Source: Candidatus Harrisonbacteria bacterium
GTDB taxonomy: Bacteria; Patescibacteriota; Minisyncoccia; UBA6257; UBA11618
Length of the DNA: 64,000 bases
Reading direction: 5' to 3'
Assembly: GCA_016867415.1 (NCBI GenBank)
Contig: VGJO01000001.1
Coordinates: 148,312 to 212,311 of the forward strand
Shown: in pieces, positions 37,841-46,803 of the stretch
Layout: each line of letters opens with the position of its first letter
Numbering within the stretch: the first letter of the stretch is position 1
The notes under the pieces: generated by a model
Database searches by the model: none
What the model saw: only the letters and a program-made list of their open reading frames with translations
Told to the model about the DNA's origin: nothing
Translations under genes and position numbers: made by a program

Positions 37841-38473
37841 ATGAACTCCAGTAAAAATTCAGGACAATCTCTTATTGAACTCCTCCTTGCCCTCTCTGTC
37901 GCTGTAGTCGCTATCATCTCCGGTTTTCTTGTCTTGCAGTTTCTCATTAAGCGCGCCTCCGATGAGGGTGCTTCTCAAATGGCCGCCTATCTCCGTGAAG
38001 AAACACTTAAAAAAATGCATTTCTTAAGTAATATAAGTTATACTGCTCTAATCGATCCGTCTCTTGACTCAACCGTCGACTATAAATTCGTTACCGCCGC
38101 AAACGGCACCATCTCTCTTACTCCTGGTATTGATACGCAAGTGGTAAGTGGTAAACCTTATTCCGTAGCTTTTCGTATTCTTCCTGTGTATCGTGATGCG
38201 AATAAAAATATTGTCTCAAGTGGCAACGTCGAAGATAAAAATACTCGGCAAGTAAATTTGGCAATCTCCTGGACTGGTCCAGACGGTCCGGTATCTCTCT
38301 TTTCCTCTACTTATCTCACTCGCGATCGTAATTATTCCTTCCATCAGACCGACTGGAGCGGCGGGGCGACTATCCCTGCCGACCCCATCTTTTCTGGATC
38401 GTCGTATAATAAGTATAAGCAGGGGACTGATATTGATGTTACGACCTCCCCCGGCCGCGTCACCGTCCCATAG
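37841..38473 (+). CDS. type IV pilin-like protein (minor pilin/pseudopilin)
   Basis: 'MNSSKNSGQSLIELLLALSVAVVAIISGF' class III signal; ATG at 37841. Confidence 0.7.
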   Translation: MNSSKNSGQSLIELLLALSVAVVAIISGFLVLQFLIKRASDEGASQMAAYLREETLKKMHFLSNISYTALIDPSLDSTVDYKFVTAANGTISLTPGIDTQVVSGKPYSVAFRILPVYRDANKNIVSSGNVEDKNTRQVNLAISWTGPDGPVSLFSSTYLTRDRNYSFHQTDWSGGATIPADPIFSGSSYNKYKQGTDIDVTTSPGRVTVP

Positions 38474-38476
38474 TAA

Positions 38477-38507
38477 TTGTCATTTCGGCCTCCAAGCTAG
38501 AATCTAG
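38477..38507 (+). repeat. family-2 hairpin repeat variant (ttgtcatttcggcctccaagctagaatctag)
   Basis: shares ttcggcctccaagctRgaat with copy at 46248. Confidence 0.5.
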
Positions 38508-38530
38508 CGCCTAACTTCCAATCTCTCAAA

Positions 38531-39403
38531 ATGCTCAAAAATTTTTCTCTTATAATATTTATCTCCTCCCTTTTCCTCTTTACCGCTCTCGCCGCTCCCG
38601 GCGACATTAATCCTGTTCCCGGTGAATCTTTTCATTTCGGTTGGAACGATCTTTTTGGTTTCCTTGATTGGAAGCCTGGATCGACCAATATTGTCTCGGT
38701 AAAAAGCAATCATCTTGAAGGAAAGATTGTTACGAGTATCGGCGACATCTACCTTGATTGTGCGACTGCTAAAAATACGAGCTGTGCCTCTGCTGAAGAT
38801 TGGTCCGTGAAAAAAAATCTAGACAGCCTCTGCGAATATGGCTGGAATGATCTTATTGGTTGGATAAAGTTTGCCTCGAGTTGCAACCCGCTCGAAGCCA
38901 ATCATTGGGGCGTGAGTCTTATCCCCGCTGATTCCGGTACTAATCGATTCTTTGATGGTTTCGCTTGGAACGATGTTGTCGGCTGGATTAGTTTAAGTTC
39001 TGACAATGACCATGATACTGCCGCGGGCATCCAAACTTCCTCTAGCGTCTACAAGGTAAAAGTCGAAGGCACTGGTGTCACTTCCGTAAAAGCCAGTCTC
39101 GAGTCTAATATTTTCGACACCAATTTTCCCGCTCCCTCCTGGAACTATATCCTCTGGCAGGGGAGTCTCGCTGGGAGTGAACCTACCTCCGTCTCCTTTA
39201 TCCTCCTCTCCTCTGATTCCTCTGCCGGACCCTGGGATTTCTCCAGTCTCTCTGCCGTTACCTTAAGAGGCAATCCCGGCGAAAAAATATTCTTCCCTTC
39301 AGACTTCCCCAAGAAACGCTATCTCAAATACCAAGCTCTCCTAATGTCCTTAAACGGAATTTCTCCCATCATCGACGACTTCATTATTAATTGGAGTCCG
39401 TAG
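38531..39403 (+). CDS. secreted protein with three G(W/F)ND-x2-G(W/F)(I/L) repeats; T4P-associated (tip/adhesin candidate)
   Basis: signal peptide; 'FGWNDLFGFLDW', 'YGWNDLIGWIKF', 'FAWNDVVGWISL' repeats; several Cys. Confidence 0.5.
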   Translation: MLKNFSLIIFISSLFLFTALAAPGDINPVPGESFHFGWNDLFGFLDWKPGSTNIVSVKSNHLEGKIVTSIGDIYLDCATAKNTSCASAEDWSVKKNLDSLCEYGWNDLIGWIKFASSCNPLEANHWGVSLIPADSGTNRFFDGFAWNDVVGWISLSSDNDHDTAAGIQTSSSVYKVKVEGTGVTSVKASLESNIFDTNFPAPSWNYILWQGSLAGSEPTSVSFILLSSDSSAGPWDFSSLSAVTLRGNPGEKIFFPSDFPKKRYLKYQALLMSLNGISPIIDDFIINWSP

Positions 39404-39438
39404 CTTATCATTCTGATTCCCCGAGCCAGAATCTATAA
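39404..39438 (+). repeat. family-2 hairpin repeat subtype A (cttatcattctga-ttccccgagc-cagaatctataa)
   Basis: read directly, 1 nt after stop. Confidence 0.6.
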
Positions 39439-39470
39439 AAAAGGCTGGAGCATCTCGTAGGCTTGCCAAT

Positions 39471-39534
39471 CCGAAGATAATGGGAAAGTCCTCTAAAGAC
39501 TTTCCTGTTTCACGGTAAGGAAGTGTTTTTTCTG
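39471..39534 (+). repeat. motif-A element copy C (ccgaagataatgggaaagtcc-tctaaa-ggactttcc tgtttcacggtaaggaagtgtttttt)
   Basis: perfect 9-bp hairpin ggaaagtcc/ggactttcc then conserved 28-mer; ~70 nt upstream of 39602. Confidence 0.55.
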
Positions 39535-39601
39535 AAAAAATATTATCTAAAAGAAAGTTATTTCTGGTTTTCTGTATGTAAAAAAATGTTAAACTTATTC
39601 T

Positions 39602-40087
39602 GTGACTCATAATTTTCAGTCGGGTTTTGTAGTCCTTCCCTCTATAATTATTTTTTCCGTCTTAATTCTTGGCTTCATTTTTACTGGCCTTTACTTATTC
39701 AGCAGCCTCAACTTCACTGGCGCCTCTGCTCGTTTCTCCCTCGAAGCCGAAAATATCGCCCGCTCTGCTCTTGGTGACATGACTCGCCGGATCTTAGATC
39801 AAAATGATCCAAATTTTGGCGGTCTTTCTGTTGCTTCCGATTGTAGTGATTTTAACACCGCCTCAACCTTCACTGACTATAATCTTTCTTTTCCAAGTGC
39901 TCGCATCCGTTACAAATCATGCTGTAATTCCCCAGCTACAAATCCTTGTCCTGAAATAAAAACTCGCTTCGAAATCGCTCCCACAAATCTCTTCCTCGGC
40001 AACGCCCGCCGCTTTTACTCCACTCTCTCCATCGATCCTCTCACTCGCGAGCTCCGCGTGAGTCCCTTAGAAAAGAAAAAATTCTAA
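39602..40087 (+). CDS. pilin-like protein (PilX/minor pilin-like; atypical N-terminus QSGFVVLPSIIIF)
   Basis: hydrophobic N-terminal helix after G-F, Cys pair CC/C near C-term; position in T4P operon. Confidence 0.45.
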   Translation: MTHNFQSGFVVLPSIIIFSVLILGFIFTGLYLFSSLNFTGASARFSLEAENIARSALGDMTRRILDQNDPNFGGLSVASDCSDFNTASTFTDYNLSFPSARIRYKSCCNSPATNPCPEIKTRFEIAPTNLFLGNARRFYSTLSIDPLTRELRVSPLEKKKF

Positions 40088-40099
40088 AAAACTAACCCT

Positions 40100-41656
40100 A
40101 TGAGCCTCTCAAAACGAATCTGGAAAATAATGAGTTCCAATCCTTCTGTTAGCGGTTTAGAAGTCACTGATAATAGTCTTCGTTTTGTCCTTCTCAAAAA
40201 TGCCGCGATCTCTCTCTCTGCTTCAGTTAATCTTCCCCCAGGCATCGTAGAAGATGGTCTTGTCCGTGATCGACAGCAATTCATTGCCGCCCTCGCCACC
40301 CTCCGTAATCAGATCCCCAAAAAAAATATCATAAACATCATTCTCGTAATCCCCGCCACCCACGTCTACACCCAAGTCTTCTCCCTCCCGCTTCTCCCAG
40401 AAGACAAAATCGCCGAAGCGGCCCGCCTTAATCTCGAGACTATCTCGCCTATCAATAGCAAAAATGCTTTCTTTGACTGGCAGTATGCCGGAGATCCTGC
40501 TGGCAAGGATGGCAAGCTCGAGCTTATTGGCGCTTTTATCCAGCGCAACTATATAGATGAGCTTTCTTACTGCGTCGAGCAAGCTGGCTTTGTAATTGTT
40601 GCGATTGAGCCTCTTCCGCTCTCTCTCGCTCGTCTTATTAATTTTACCTACCCCACCGTCCTCGACTCGCCTCGCCTCGTCCTTCACCTTTCAAGCGCTG
40701 GTCTTGATTTCTTTATCCTTCGCTCTGGCGCTCTCTACTTCGAATATTATCTTTCTTTCCGTGAGATTCAGGAGCGTCTGGGCGTCTCCTTGATCAAGCT
40801 TGCTGATCTGAAAAAAATTGTTATCTTCGAAGTGAATCGTCTCCTTAATTTCTATATTGCTCGCGAGTCCCAAGCCATTGAGGAATTAGTAGTAAGCTCG
40901 GTGATCGACATTGGCGACCTCCTCTCTGATCTATCCGCTTCCTTCAAGCTAAAAATTACCCCGCTTCTTCTTTCTAATTATCCAGATCTTATAAGCATTT
41001 GGTACCCGGTCTTTGGAGCCGCCCTCCGTGGTGAAATCCCACGTTCGAAAGATACATTCATCTCTCTTGCGAGCGCCGGTACGGAAGAGCGCTTCAAAGA
41101 AGAGCGGGCTATGAGCTTTATTCGTTTCTGGCGTCTTATTACTCTTTCAATCATCTCTTCGCTTACCGTAGTTTCTCTCGTCCTCTATCTCTTTGGATTA
41201 AGGCAAGAAAAAGCTCTCACGGCAAAACTTGCCGCCACCCCCACCCTCTTTTCCTCAGCTGATTTCACCGCTCTTAGCGCCGCCGCCGATTCTTTCAACG
41301 CATTAATCGCAAAGGCCGAGATGGCAGAGAAAAATACCAATACCCCTTCCCGTTTTATAAACACTCTCTCTGGTCTTGCCTTAGGAATCGACATTCTCGG
41401 TCTCGATTTTGATCCTAATTCTGGAGATTTTTCCATTACTGGGGATAGTGATTCAGAAAAATTAGTGATTGACTTCAAAAATACCCTCCTAAAAGATTCT
41501 CGTTTTGATTCGATTATCCTCCCCGTCACCGCCATCCGTCTTGATTCCTCAGGGAGTGCCCGCTTCACTCTCCGTGGTCGTGTAAAATCTTCTGATTTTC
41601 CTCCTCTCTCCATCTTTCCTGCTAGCTCCACTTCTTCTGCTCCAACCCAGCCCTAA
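40100..41656 (+). CDS. PilM-PilN fusion protein (actin-like PilM domain, TM helix, PilN/PilO-like periplasmic domain)
   Basis: N-terminal ~330 aa PilM-like ('VSGLEVTDNSLRFVLLK', 'LIGAFIQRNYIDELSYCVEQAGFVIVAIEPLP'), TM 'FWRLITLSIISSLTVVSLVLYLF', C-terminal coiled/beta domain. Confidence 0.65.
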   Translation: MSLSKRIWKIMSSNPSVSGLEVTDNSLRFVLLKNAAISLSASVNLPPGIVEDGLVRDRQQFIAALATLRNQIPKKNIINIILVIPATHVYTQVFSLPLLPEDKIAEAARLNLETISPINSKNAFFDWQYAGDPAGKDGKLELIGAFIQRNYIDELSYCVEQAGFVIVAIEPLPLSLARLINFTYPTVLDSPRLVLHLSSAGLDFFILRSGALYFEYYLSFREIQERLGVSLIKLADLKKIVIFEVNRLLNFYIARESQAIEELVVSSVIDIGDLLSDLSASFKLKITPLLLSNYPDLISIWYPVFGAALRGEIPRSKDTFISLASAGTEERFKEERAMSFIRFWRLITLSIISSLTVVSLVLYLFGLRQEKALTAKLAATPTLFSSADFTALSAAADSFNALIAKAEMAEKNTNTPSRFINTLSGLALGIDILGLDFDPNSGDFSITGDSDSEKLVIDFKNTLLKDSRFDSIILPVTAIRLDSSGSARFTLRGRVKSSDFPPLSIFPASSTSSAPTQP

Positions 41657-41664
41657 ACGTGATT

Positions 41665-41700
41665 ATAAAAAAGAGGCCCTCACGGGCCGCCTTCGTTGAT
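41665..41700 (-). terminator. minus-strand intrinsic terminator (reverse complement ggcggcccgtgagggcctc + TTTTTTAT)
   Basis: hairpin ggccc-tcac-gggcc with T-tract only on the minus strand; 400 nt downstream of tRNA-Phe. Confidence 0.5.
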
Positions 41701-41798
41701 TCATTGGAGATCACCTCCCATGTTCCACATTGTTGCTACCTAGCTTTGAGAAAATATTTTTGTGTGTCCGCTTGAGTGAAGTAGCTCACGTAGTCTCC

Positions 41799-41954
41799 CT
41801 ACTTTGCTGGTTCAGGTCTCCTCGCCGAGTAAATACTTTCCACCTCCATATAGCAACAAAGCCGTCGACCGATCTCTTCATTGCCCTTCACCATCACCCG
41901 GAAATTATCCCCATCCGCTTCCAAGGAGAAATTCTTTGTTTGAATTGCTCCCAT
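41799..41954 (-). CDS. candidate small protein (51 aa, MGAIQTKNFSLEADGDNFRVMVKGNEEIGRRLCCYMEVESIYSARRPEPAK) between tRNA-Phe and the minus-strand terminator
   Basis: own translation (below track length cutoff); purine-rich stretch before ATG; antisense to track ORF 41730..41978. Confidence 0.2.
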   Translation of the reverse strand: MGAIQTKNFSLEADGDNFRVMVKGNEEIGRRLCCYMEVESIYSARRPEPAK

Positions 41955-42108
41955 AATTTTCTCTTTTCCAGCCGATGAACGGCTTACATCGTTAAGTATT
42001 TCTGAATATAGCTTTCAGACAAGCATTCTTGATGAAAATTTCAACGTTCTCCCACAAACACTATAAGTACCCAATTTTTATATAATTATGTAAAAATTTT
42101 TATTAGTG

Positions 42109-42180
42109 TGCCGAGAGGGTGAATCGAACACCCGACGCCAGCCTCTTCAGGGCTGCGCTCTACCACTGAGCTACCTCGGC
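42109..42180 (-). tRNA. tRNA-Phe (anticodon GAA)
   Basis: reverse complement GCCGAGGTAGCTCAGTGGTAGAGCGCAGCCCTGAAGAGGCTGGCGTCGGGTGTTCGATTCACCCTCTCGGCA folds as cloverleaf; anticodon loop CTGAAGA. Confidence 0.85.
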
Positions 42181-42250
42181 TTTTAAAATATCGAGCTAAG
42201 AATAGCATTTTTTTTCTCTTCTTTCAAATAATTTGTATACTATTAGTATT

Positions 42251-42742
42251 ATGACCCAAACCGAAAAACCAAAAGATATTAAGCTTATTATAGGTCTCGG
42301 TAACCCGGGTATGAAATACGAAAATACCTATCACAATGTTGGCGTCCTTTTTATTGATAGCCTGAAGGATAAGAAAGACCGCAAGATTCTCCGCTCCTCG
42401 GTCTACATGAATGAGTCCGGCGCATTTGTAAAAAATGAATTAAAAAAGCACAAGGTGAAGCCCAGTGAGCTTCTGATCGTTCACGACGAATCCGACATCG
42501 AGCTTGGTAAAGTAAAGCTTTCTTTCGATCGCGGCGCTGCTGGTCACAATGGCGTCCAAGACATCATTGATAAGTTAAAGACCAAAGCGTTTTGGCGTCT
42601 CCGCCTTGGTATCCGCCCTATCTCTCCTCTCGGGAAAGAGCGTCCGAAAGCTGACAAATTTGTTTTGAAGCCTATCTCCGCCACCAACAAGACCGTTCTC
42701 AAAAAGATCTTCGCCCTCGAAGAAGCCAAGCTTTTCTCCTAA
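42251..42742 (+). CDS. pth: peptidyl-tRNA hydrolase
   Basis: 'LIIGLGNPGMKYENTYHNVG', 'MNESG', 'LIVHDESDIELGKVKL', 'GAAGHNGVQDI' Pth motifs. Confidence 0.85.
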   Translation: MTQTEKPKDIKLIIGLGNPGMKYENTYHNVGVLFIDSLKDKKDRKILRSSVYMNESGAFVKNELKKHKVKPSELLIVHDESDIELGKVKLSFDRGAAGHNGVQDIIDKLKTKAFWRLRLGIRPISPLGKERPKADKFVLKPISATNKTVLKKIFALEEAKLFS

Positions 42743-42763
42743 TCTTCGGCCGCCTTTAGATGG

Positions 42764-42794
42764 CTGTCATCCTGAACTTAATTTAGGATCCAGC
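42764..42794 (+). repeat. family-2 hairpin repeat subtype B (ctgtcatcctgaac-ttaa-tttaggatccagc)
   Basis: read directly, 22 nt after pth stop. Confidence 0.6.
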
Positions 42795-42847
42795 CGATTG
42801 CAGACCTTGTATGAAACATTTGTAATTAAATATTTCCCTGCTTCTCT

Positions 42848-43666
42848 ATGCCTCTTAATCCCTATAAAAAATTCTCCCTCTCTCTCGAAGCCTGGTACAG
42901 CACAAACGCCCGCCATACCCTTCCCTGGCGGGCGACCCATGATCCCTACCGCCTTCTCGTCTCCGAGGTAATGCTCCAGCAGACCCAAGTCCCGCGGGTT
43001 ATACCAAAATACGCCGAATTTTTAAAAAAATTCCCCACCGTAAAAAAGCTTGCGGCAGCAAAGTCCCAAGAAGTCCTCTCCATCTGGGATGGTCTCGGCT
43101 ATTTCCGCCGCGCCCGCGATCTCCATGAAGCAGCAAAAAAAATCGAAAAAGACCACCAAGGCAAATTCTCCCTCTCTCCCGCCGCCCTCATTCAGCTCCC
43201 CGGAGTAGGGGAGTACACTGCTGGCGCTGTTGCTTGTTTCACAACTGATACTTTTTTCTCTTTCTATGATATTAATATTCGCCGGACTCTAATCCACGAG
43301 CTCAAAGTGCGAGACGAAAAAATAGCTCTCTATAAAGCTCTCGAGAAATTATTTTCCATTTCTCATCTTTCTCCCCGTGACTTCTACTATGCTCTCTTTG
43401 ACTACGGCAGCTTCCTGAAAGGCAAAGATTCACAAAAAATAGTTTCCAAAAAGCAATCTGAGTTCAAAGGCTCCTTCCGCTCCTTCCGCTCCCTCCTTCT
43501 TAAAAAGATCGTCACAAGCGGCAGCATCAAGACGAGCACAGCTCTCAATCTTTTAGAAAATTCTATCCGCAAAGCCGAGGTCGATATTCACCCCCAAGCC
43601 GTGATCAGTAGCCTCAAGAAAGATAAGCTTGTATTTGAGAAGAAGAATCTTCTTCTTATCCTATAA
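42848..43666 (+). CDS. MutY/EndoIII-family HhH-GPD DNA glycosylase lacking the C-terminal [4Fe-4S] cysteine cluster
   Basis: 'LPWRATHDPYRLLVSEVMLQQTQVPRVIPKYAEFLKKFPTV', 'LPGVGEYTAGAV' HhH-GPD; no Cys-x6-Cys-x2-Cys-x5-Cys downstream. Confidence 0.7.
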   Translation: MPLNPYKKFSLSLEAWYSTNARHTLPWRATHDPYRLLVSEVMLQQTQVPRVIPKYAEFLKKFPTVKKLAAAKSQEVLSIWDGLGYFRRARDLHEAAKKIEKDHQGKFSLSPAALIQLPGVGEYTAGAVACFTTDTFFSFYDINIRRTLIHELKVRDEKIALYKALEKLFSISHLSPRDFYYALFDYGSFLKGKDSQKIVSKKQSEFKGSFRSFRSLLLKKIVTSGSIKTSTALNLLENSIRKAEVDIHPQAVISSLKKDKLVFEKKNLLLIL

Positions 43667-43741
43667 AAGGCTTATTCCTTTATTTTTCAATAAAACCCAA
43701 TTTGACCAGCTTCTTTGAGGGGACTATAATTAGGCAAAAAA

Positions 43742-45217
43742 ATGGCTAAAAAAGACGGAAAAGCGAAGGCAAAAACTTCCAAAAAAAGTCCGAATATAAA
43801 AAAACCCGCCAAAGCCGTTTCTCCTAAGAAGCCTACCCCAAAAGCTCCAGCTAAGAGCAAAAAAGACCTGGCATCAACAAAGTCAGCCTCTAGAATAAAA
43901 ATGCCTCATAAGGCTGTTTCTGAGGCCTTAAAAGTTGCTCCTCAGCCTTCCAAAAAATCCCTCCGTCAGGGTCTCGAAAGCGTGAAGGGGATGCACGACA
44001 TCCTCCCCAAGGATCAGCCCTATTGGGAGAAGATGCGCGATGAAGTCCGGTGCGCCGCCTACTTCTACAATTTTTCCCGCATCGATACCCCCATCGTCGA
44101 GCATGCCGCTCTCTTTGAGCGCGGAGCTGGTGAGACGAGCGAGATAGTCGAAAAGCAAATGTATTTTTTGAAGACCGAAGACAAGCTTGTCCTCCGGCCC
44201 GAAAACACCGCCTCCGTTGCCCGCGCCTACATCGAGCACGGTATGAGTCACGAGCCCCAGCCCGTCCGCCTCTATTACTTCGCGCCTATGTTCCGCTATG
44301 AGCAGCCGCAGGAAGGCCGCTTCCGCTCCTTCCACCAGGCAGGTTTTGAGATCTTAGGCGGCGAGAGTGATCCGATTTATGATGCTGAAATCATCCTCAC
44401 CACTTTCCGTCTCTTGGAGTCCTTAAAGCTCTCCAATCTCTCTATCGAAATTAATACCCTAGGCTCTCCTTTTGACCGGGCTATTTATCGCCGCAAGCTG
44501 GTGGATTTTCTAAAAAATAAAAAGCTTTCTAAAGAAGTCCACGCCAAGCTCGATACCAACCCGCTCCGCATCTTAGATAGTAAAGATGAATCCGTAAAAG
44601 AAATTCTAAAAACCGCCCCCAGTATTCTCGACTCGCTTTCCGCTAGCAGCTCCGCCCACTTCAAAGCCGTCTTAGAGTATCTCGACACGCTTGGTCTTCC
44701 TTATACCATCTCCAACAATCTCGTCCGCGGACTTGATTACTATTCCCACACCGTCTTTGAGATTTTTTCCTCCGATTTTAATTTTGCTCTTGCCGCCGGC
44801 GGCCGTTATGACGGCTTAGTGGAGCTCCTTGGCGGGAGAAAGACTCCAGCCGTCGGCTCCGCTATTGGCCTCGAACGTATCGTCCACGTGATGAAAGCGG
44901 CTGGAATAGACTTCAATAATAAAAATAAACCCAAAGTTTTCTTGATCCACGTCGGCGATCTTGCCAAGAAAAAATCATTGGCCCTTTTAGAGACTCTGAA
45001 AAATGCCAATATTTACTGCAAAGAAGCTCTTTCTAAAGACTCGCTCAAAGCCCAGTTGAAACAAGCTGATAAAGAAGGATCTCATCTCGCCCTCATCATG
45101 GGTCAAAAAGAAGCTTTTGAAGAAAGCGTTATCATCCGCGATCTCGAGTCCGGTATCCAAGAGACCGTCCCCATCGATAAACTCATCGAAAAACTCCACC
45201 ACTTCTTAAAGTCGTAA
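43742..45217 (+). CDS. hisS: histidine--tRNA ligase with ~75 aa Lys/Pro/Ala-rich (histone H1-like) N-terminal extension
   Basis: class II motifs 'LRPENTASVARAY', 'YFAPMFRYEQPQEGRFRSFHQAGFEILG', 'AAGGRYDGLV'; extension MAKKDGKAKAKTSKK... Confidence 0.9.
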   Translation: MAKKDGKAKAKTSKKSPNIKKPAKAVSPKKPTPKAPAKSKKDLASTKSASRIKMPHKAVSEALKVAPQPSKKSLRQGLESVKGMHDILPKDQPYWEKMRDEVRCAAYFYNFSRIDTPIVEHAALFERGAGETSEIVEKQMYFLKTEDKLVLRPENTASVARAYIEHGMSHEPQPVRLYYFAPMFRYEQPQEGRFRSFHQAGFEILGGESDPIYDAEIILTTFRLLESLKLSNLSIEINTLGSPFDRAIYRRKLVDFLKNKKLSKEVHAKLDTNPLRILDSKDESVKEILKTAPSILDSLSASSSAHFKAVLEYLDTLGLPYTISNNLVRGLDYYSHTVFEIFSSDFNFALAAGGRYDGLVELLGGRKTPAVGSAIGLERIVHVMKAAGIDFNNKNKPKVFLIHVGDLAKKKSLALLETLKNANIYCKEALSKDSLKAQLKQADKEGSHLALIMGQKEAFEESVIIRDLESGIQETVPIDKLIEKLHHFLKS

Positions 45218-45276
45218 TGAAGTCCTGTGCCATATGGCACAGGACGAAGTGAAGACTGTGATTGGAAAATATTTGC

Positions 45277-45404
45277 ACATCGCCACGCGCAGGATTTTTC
45301 GAGGAAATTTTGATTTTCTTTGCGAGTACTGGACGGAGCATGCTGCGGAAAGCCTGTGAGTATGGAACGCAGCAAAAAATCGAAAGTTACCGAAAAAGAC
45401 AAGC
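45277..45404 (+). repeat. family-1 element copy (flank cgccacgcgcaggattttt; core gagtactggacggagcatgc...cctgtgagtatggaacgcag; 3' ccgaaaaagacaagc)
   Basis: read directly, 27 nt before HIT ATG. Confidence 0.6.
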
Positions 45405-45430
45405 TTTAAAAATTAAAAGTAAGGAACATT

Positions 45431-45841
45431 ATGGAATGCTTATTTTGTAAGATAATATCCAAACAAATCCCCTCTGAAACAATCTACGAAGACGACTCCA
45501 TCTTCGCTTTCTTAGACATTCACCCCCTCTCTAAAGGCCATATTCTTGTCATCCCCAAAGTCCACGCCGACACTCTCGAAACCCTTCCTGAATCTGAAAT
45601 TACTCCGCTTTTCACCGCTGTTCAAAAAATTACTCGTGCCGCCAAGCCCGCCCTTTCTCCATCCGCTTTCACTATCGGTATAAATAATGGCAAAGATAGT
45701 GGTCAAGCCATAGATCACCTCCATATCCACATCATTCCTCGCTTCCCAGGTGACGGAGGCCACTCCCTCCATTCCGTCGTCCAATCCGGCACCGATGAAC
45801 CCCTTTCGATTACTTGCCAAAAGATCAGAGATCGTCTATAA
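45431..45841 (+). CDS. HIT-family (histidine triad) hydrolase
   Basis: 'CLFCKI', 'AIDHLHIHIIPR' HxHxHxx motif. Confidence 0.85.
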   Translation: MECLFCKIISKQIPSETIYEDDSIFAFLDIHPLSKGHILVIPKVHADTLETLPESEITPLFTAVQKITRAAKPALSPSAFTIGINNGKDSGQAIDHLHIHIIPRFPGDGGHSLHSVVQSGTDEPLSITCQKIRDRL

Positions 45842-45867
45842 TTCAAAAACTTAATTTATTCACTCTA

Positions 45868-46080
45868 ATGATCGATATCAAGAAAAAAGACGGCGAATCT
45901 CCTAATTCGATGATTTTCCGCTTCATTAAGAAGGTCCAGCAAAGCGGTGTCTTAAAGGAGGCAAAAAAGCGCAAGTTCTACAGCCGCAAAAACACCAAAA
46001 ACAAGCGCCGCTTGAGCGCCCTCTACCGCGAAGAAAAGAAGCAAGAGTTCATCAAGAAAAAGAAACTTGGCCTCATTTAG
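45868..46080 (+). CDS. rpsU: 30S ribosomal protein S21
   Basis: 'FRFIKKVQQSGVLKEAKKRKFYSRKNTKNKRRL' S21 pattern; ATG 45868 chosen over 45814 which overlaps HIT. Confidence 0.75.
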   Translation: MIDIKKKDGESPNSMIFRFIKKVQQSGVLKEAKKRKFYSRKNTKNKRRLSALYREEKKQEFIKKKKLGLI

Positions 46081-46247
46081 AAAAGACTATAAGAAAAAAC
46101 TCCCAAAGAGAGGTTTGTGAATAATTCTATGAACCTTCCTTTTCCTAAAAGAAGGTATAAGATAAAAAATCAACGAACTATCCCAAAATTTTCTGTATTT
46201 ATAGATATTTGTAAGCTTGTATTTTTGTCAAAAAAAGTTATTCTAGG

Positions 46248-46276
46248 ATTGTTACTTCGGCCTCCAAGCTGGAATT
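46248..46276 (+). repeat. family-2 hairpin repeat variant (ttgttacttcggcctccaagctggaattc)
   Basis: read directly. Confidence 0.45.
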
Positions 46277-46347
46277 CAAAAACAAGCCTTTAAAAGAAAG
46301 GTGCTAAAAAAATAATGTTTCATGGAAAGTATTTCTGAATTACTAAT

Positions 46348-46803
46348 ATGTTAAAAGAAACAATCTTAAATGATATTAAGTCTGCTATGAAAGCAGGTGA
46401 CTCTGCCTCTCTTGAAGTCCTCCGCGGCCTCAACTCCGCCATAAAAAACCAAGAGATCGACAAGCGCGGGAAAGGGGATGAAAGCGAACTTTCCGAAAAT
46501 GAGTATCAAGATGTGATAAAGCGGGAAGTAAAAAAGCGCCGTGATGCCGCCAATCTTTTCCGTGAGGGTGGCCGGCCCGAGCTTGCCGAAAAAGAAGAGA
46601 CCGAAATAAAAATCCTCCAAAAATATCTTCCCGAAGAATTAAGCCACGAAGCCCTCGAGGGAATAGTCCTTCAGGTCCTCGCCGATCGTCGAGCGGCAAA
46701 TTTGCCAATGGACTTTGGCCCCGTCATGAAAGCCATTATGGACGCCGCTGCCGGCCGCGCCGACGGTCGTGTCGTCTCTGAAATACTTAAAGCAAAACTA
46801 TAG
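46348..46803 (+). CDS. GatB/YqeY-domain protein
   Basis: 'LNDIKSAMKAGDSASLEVLRGLNSAIKNQEIDK', 'ILQKYLPEELSHEALEGIV', 'DFGPVMKAIM' YqeY pattern. Confidence 0.8.
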   Translation: MLKETILNDIKSAMKAGDSASLEVLRGLNSAIKNQEIDKRGKGDESELSENEYQDVIKREVKKRRDAANLFREGGRPELAEKEETEIKILQKYLPEELSHEALEGIVLQVLADRRAANLPMDFGPVMKAIMDAAAGRADGRVVSEILKAKL

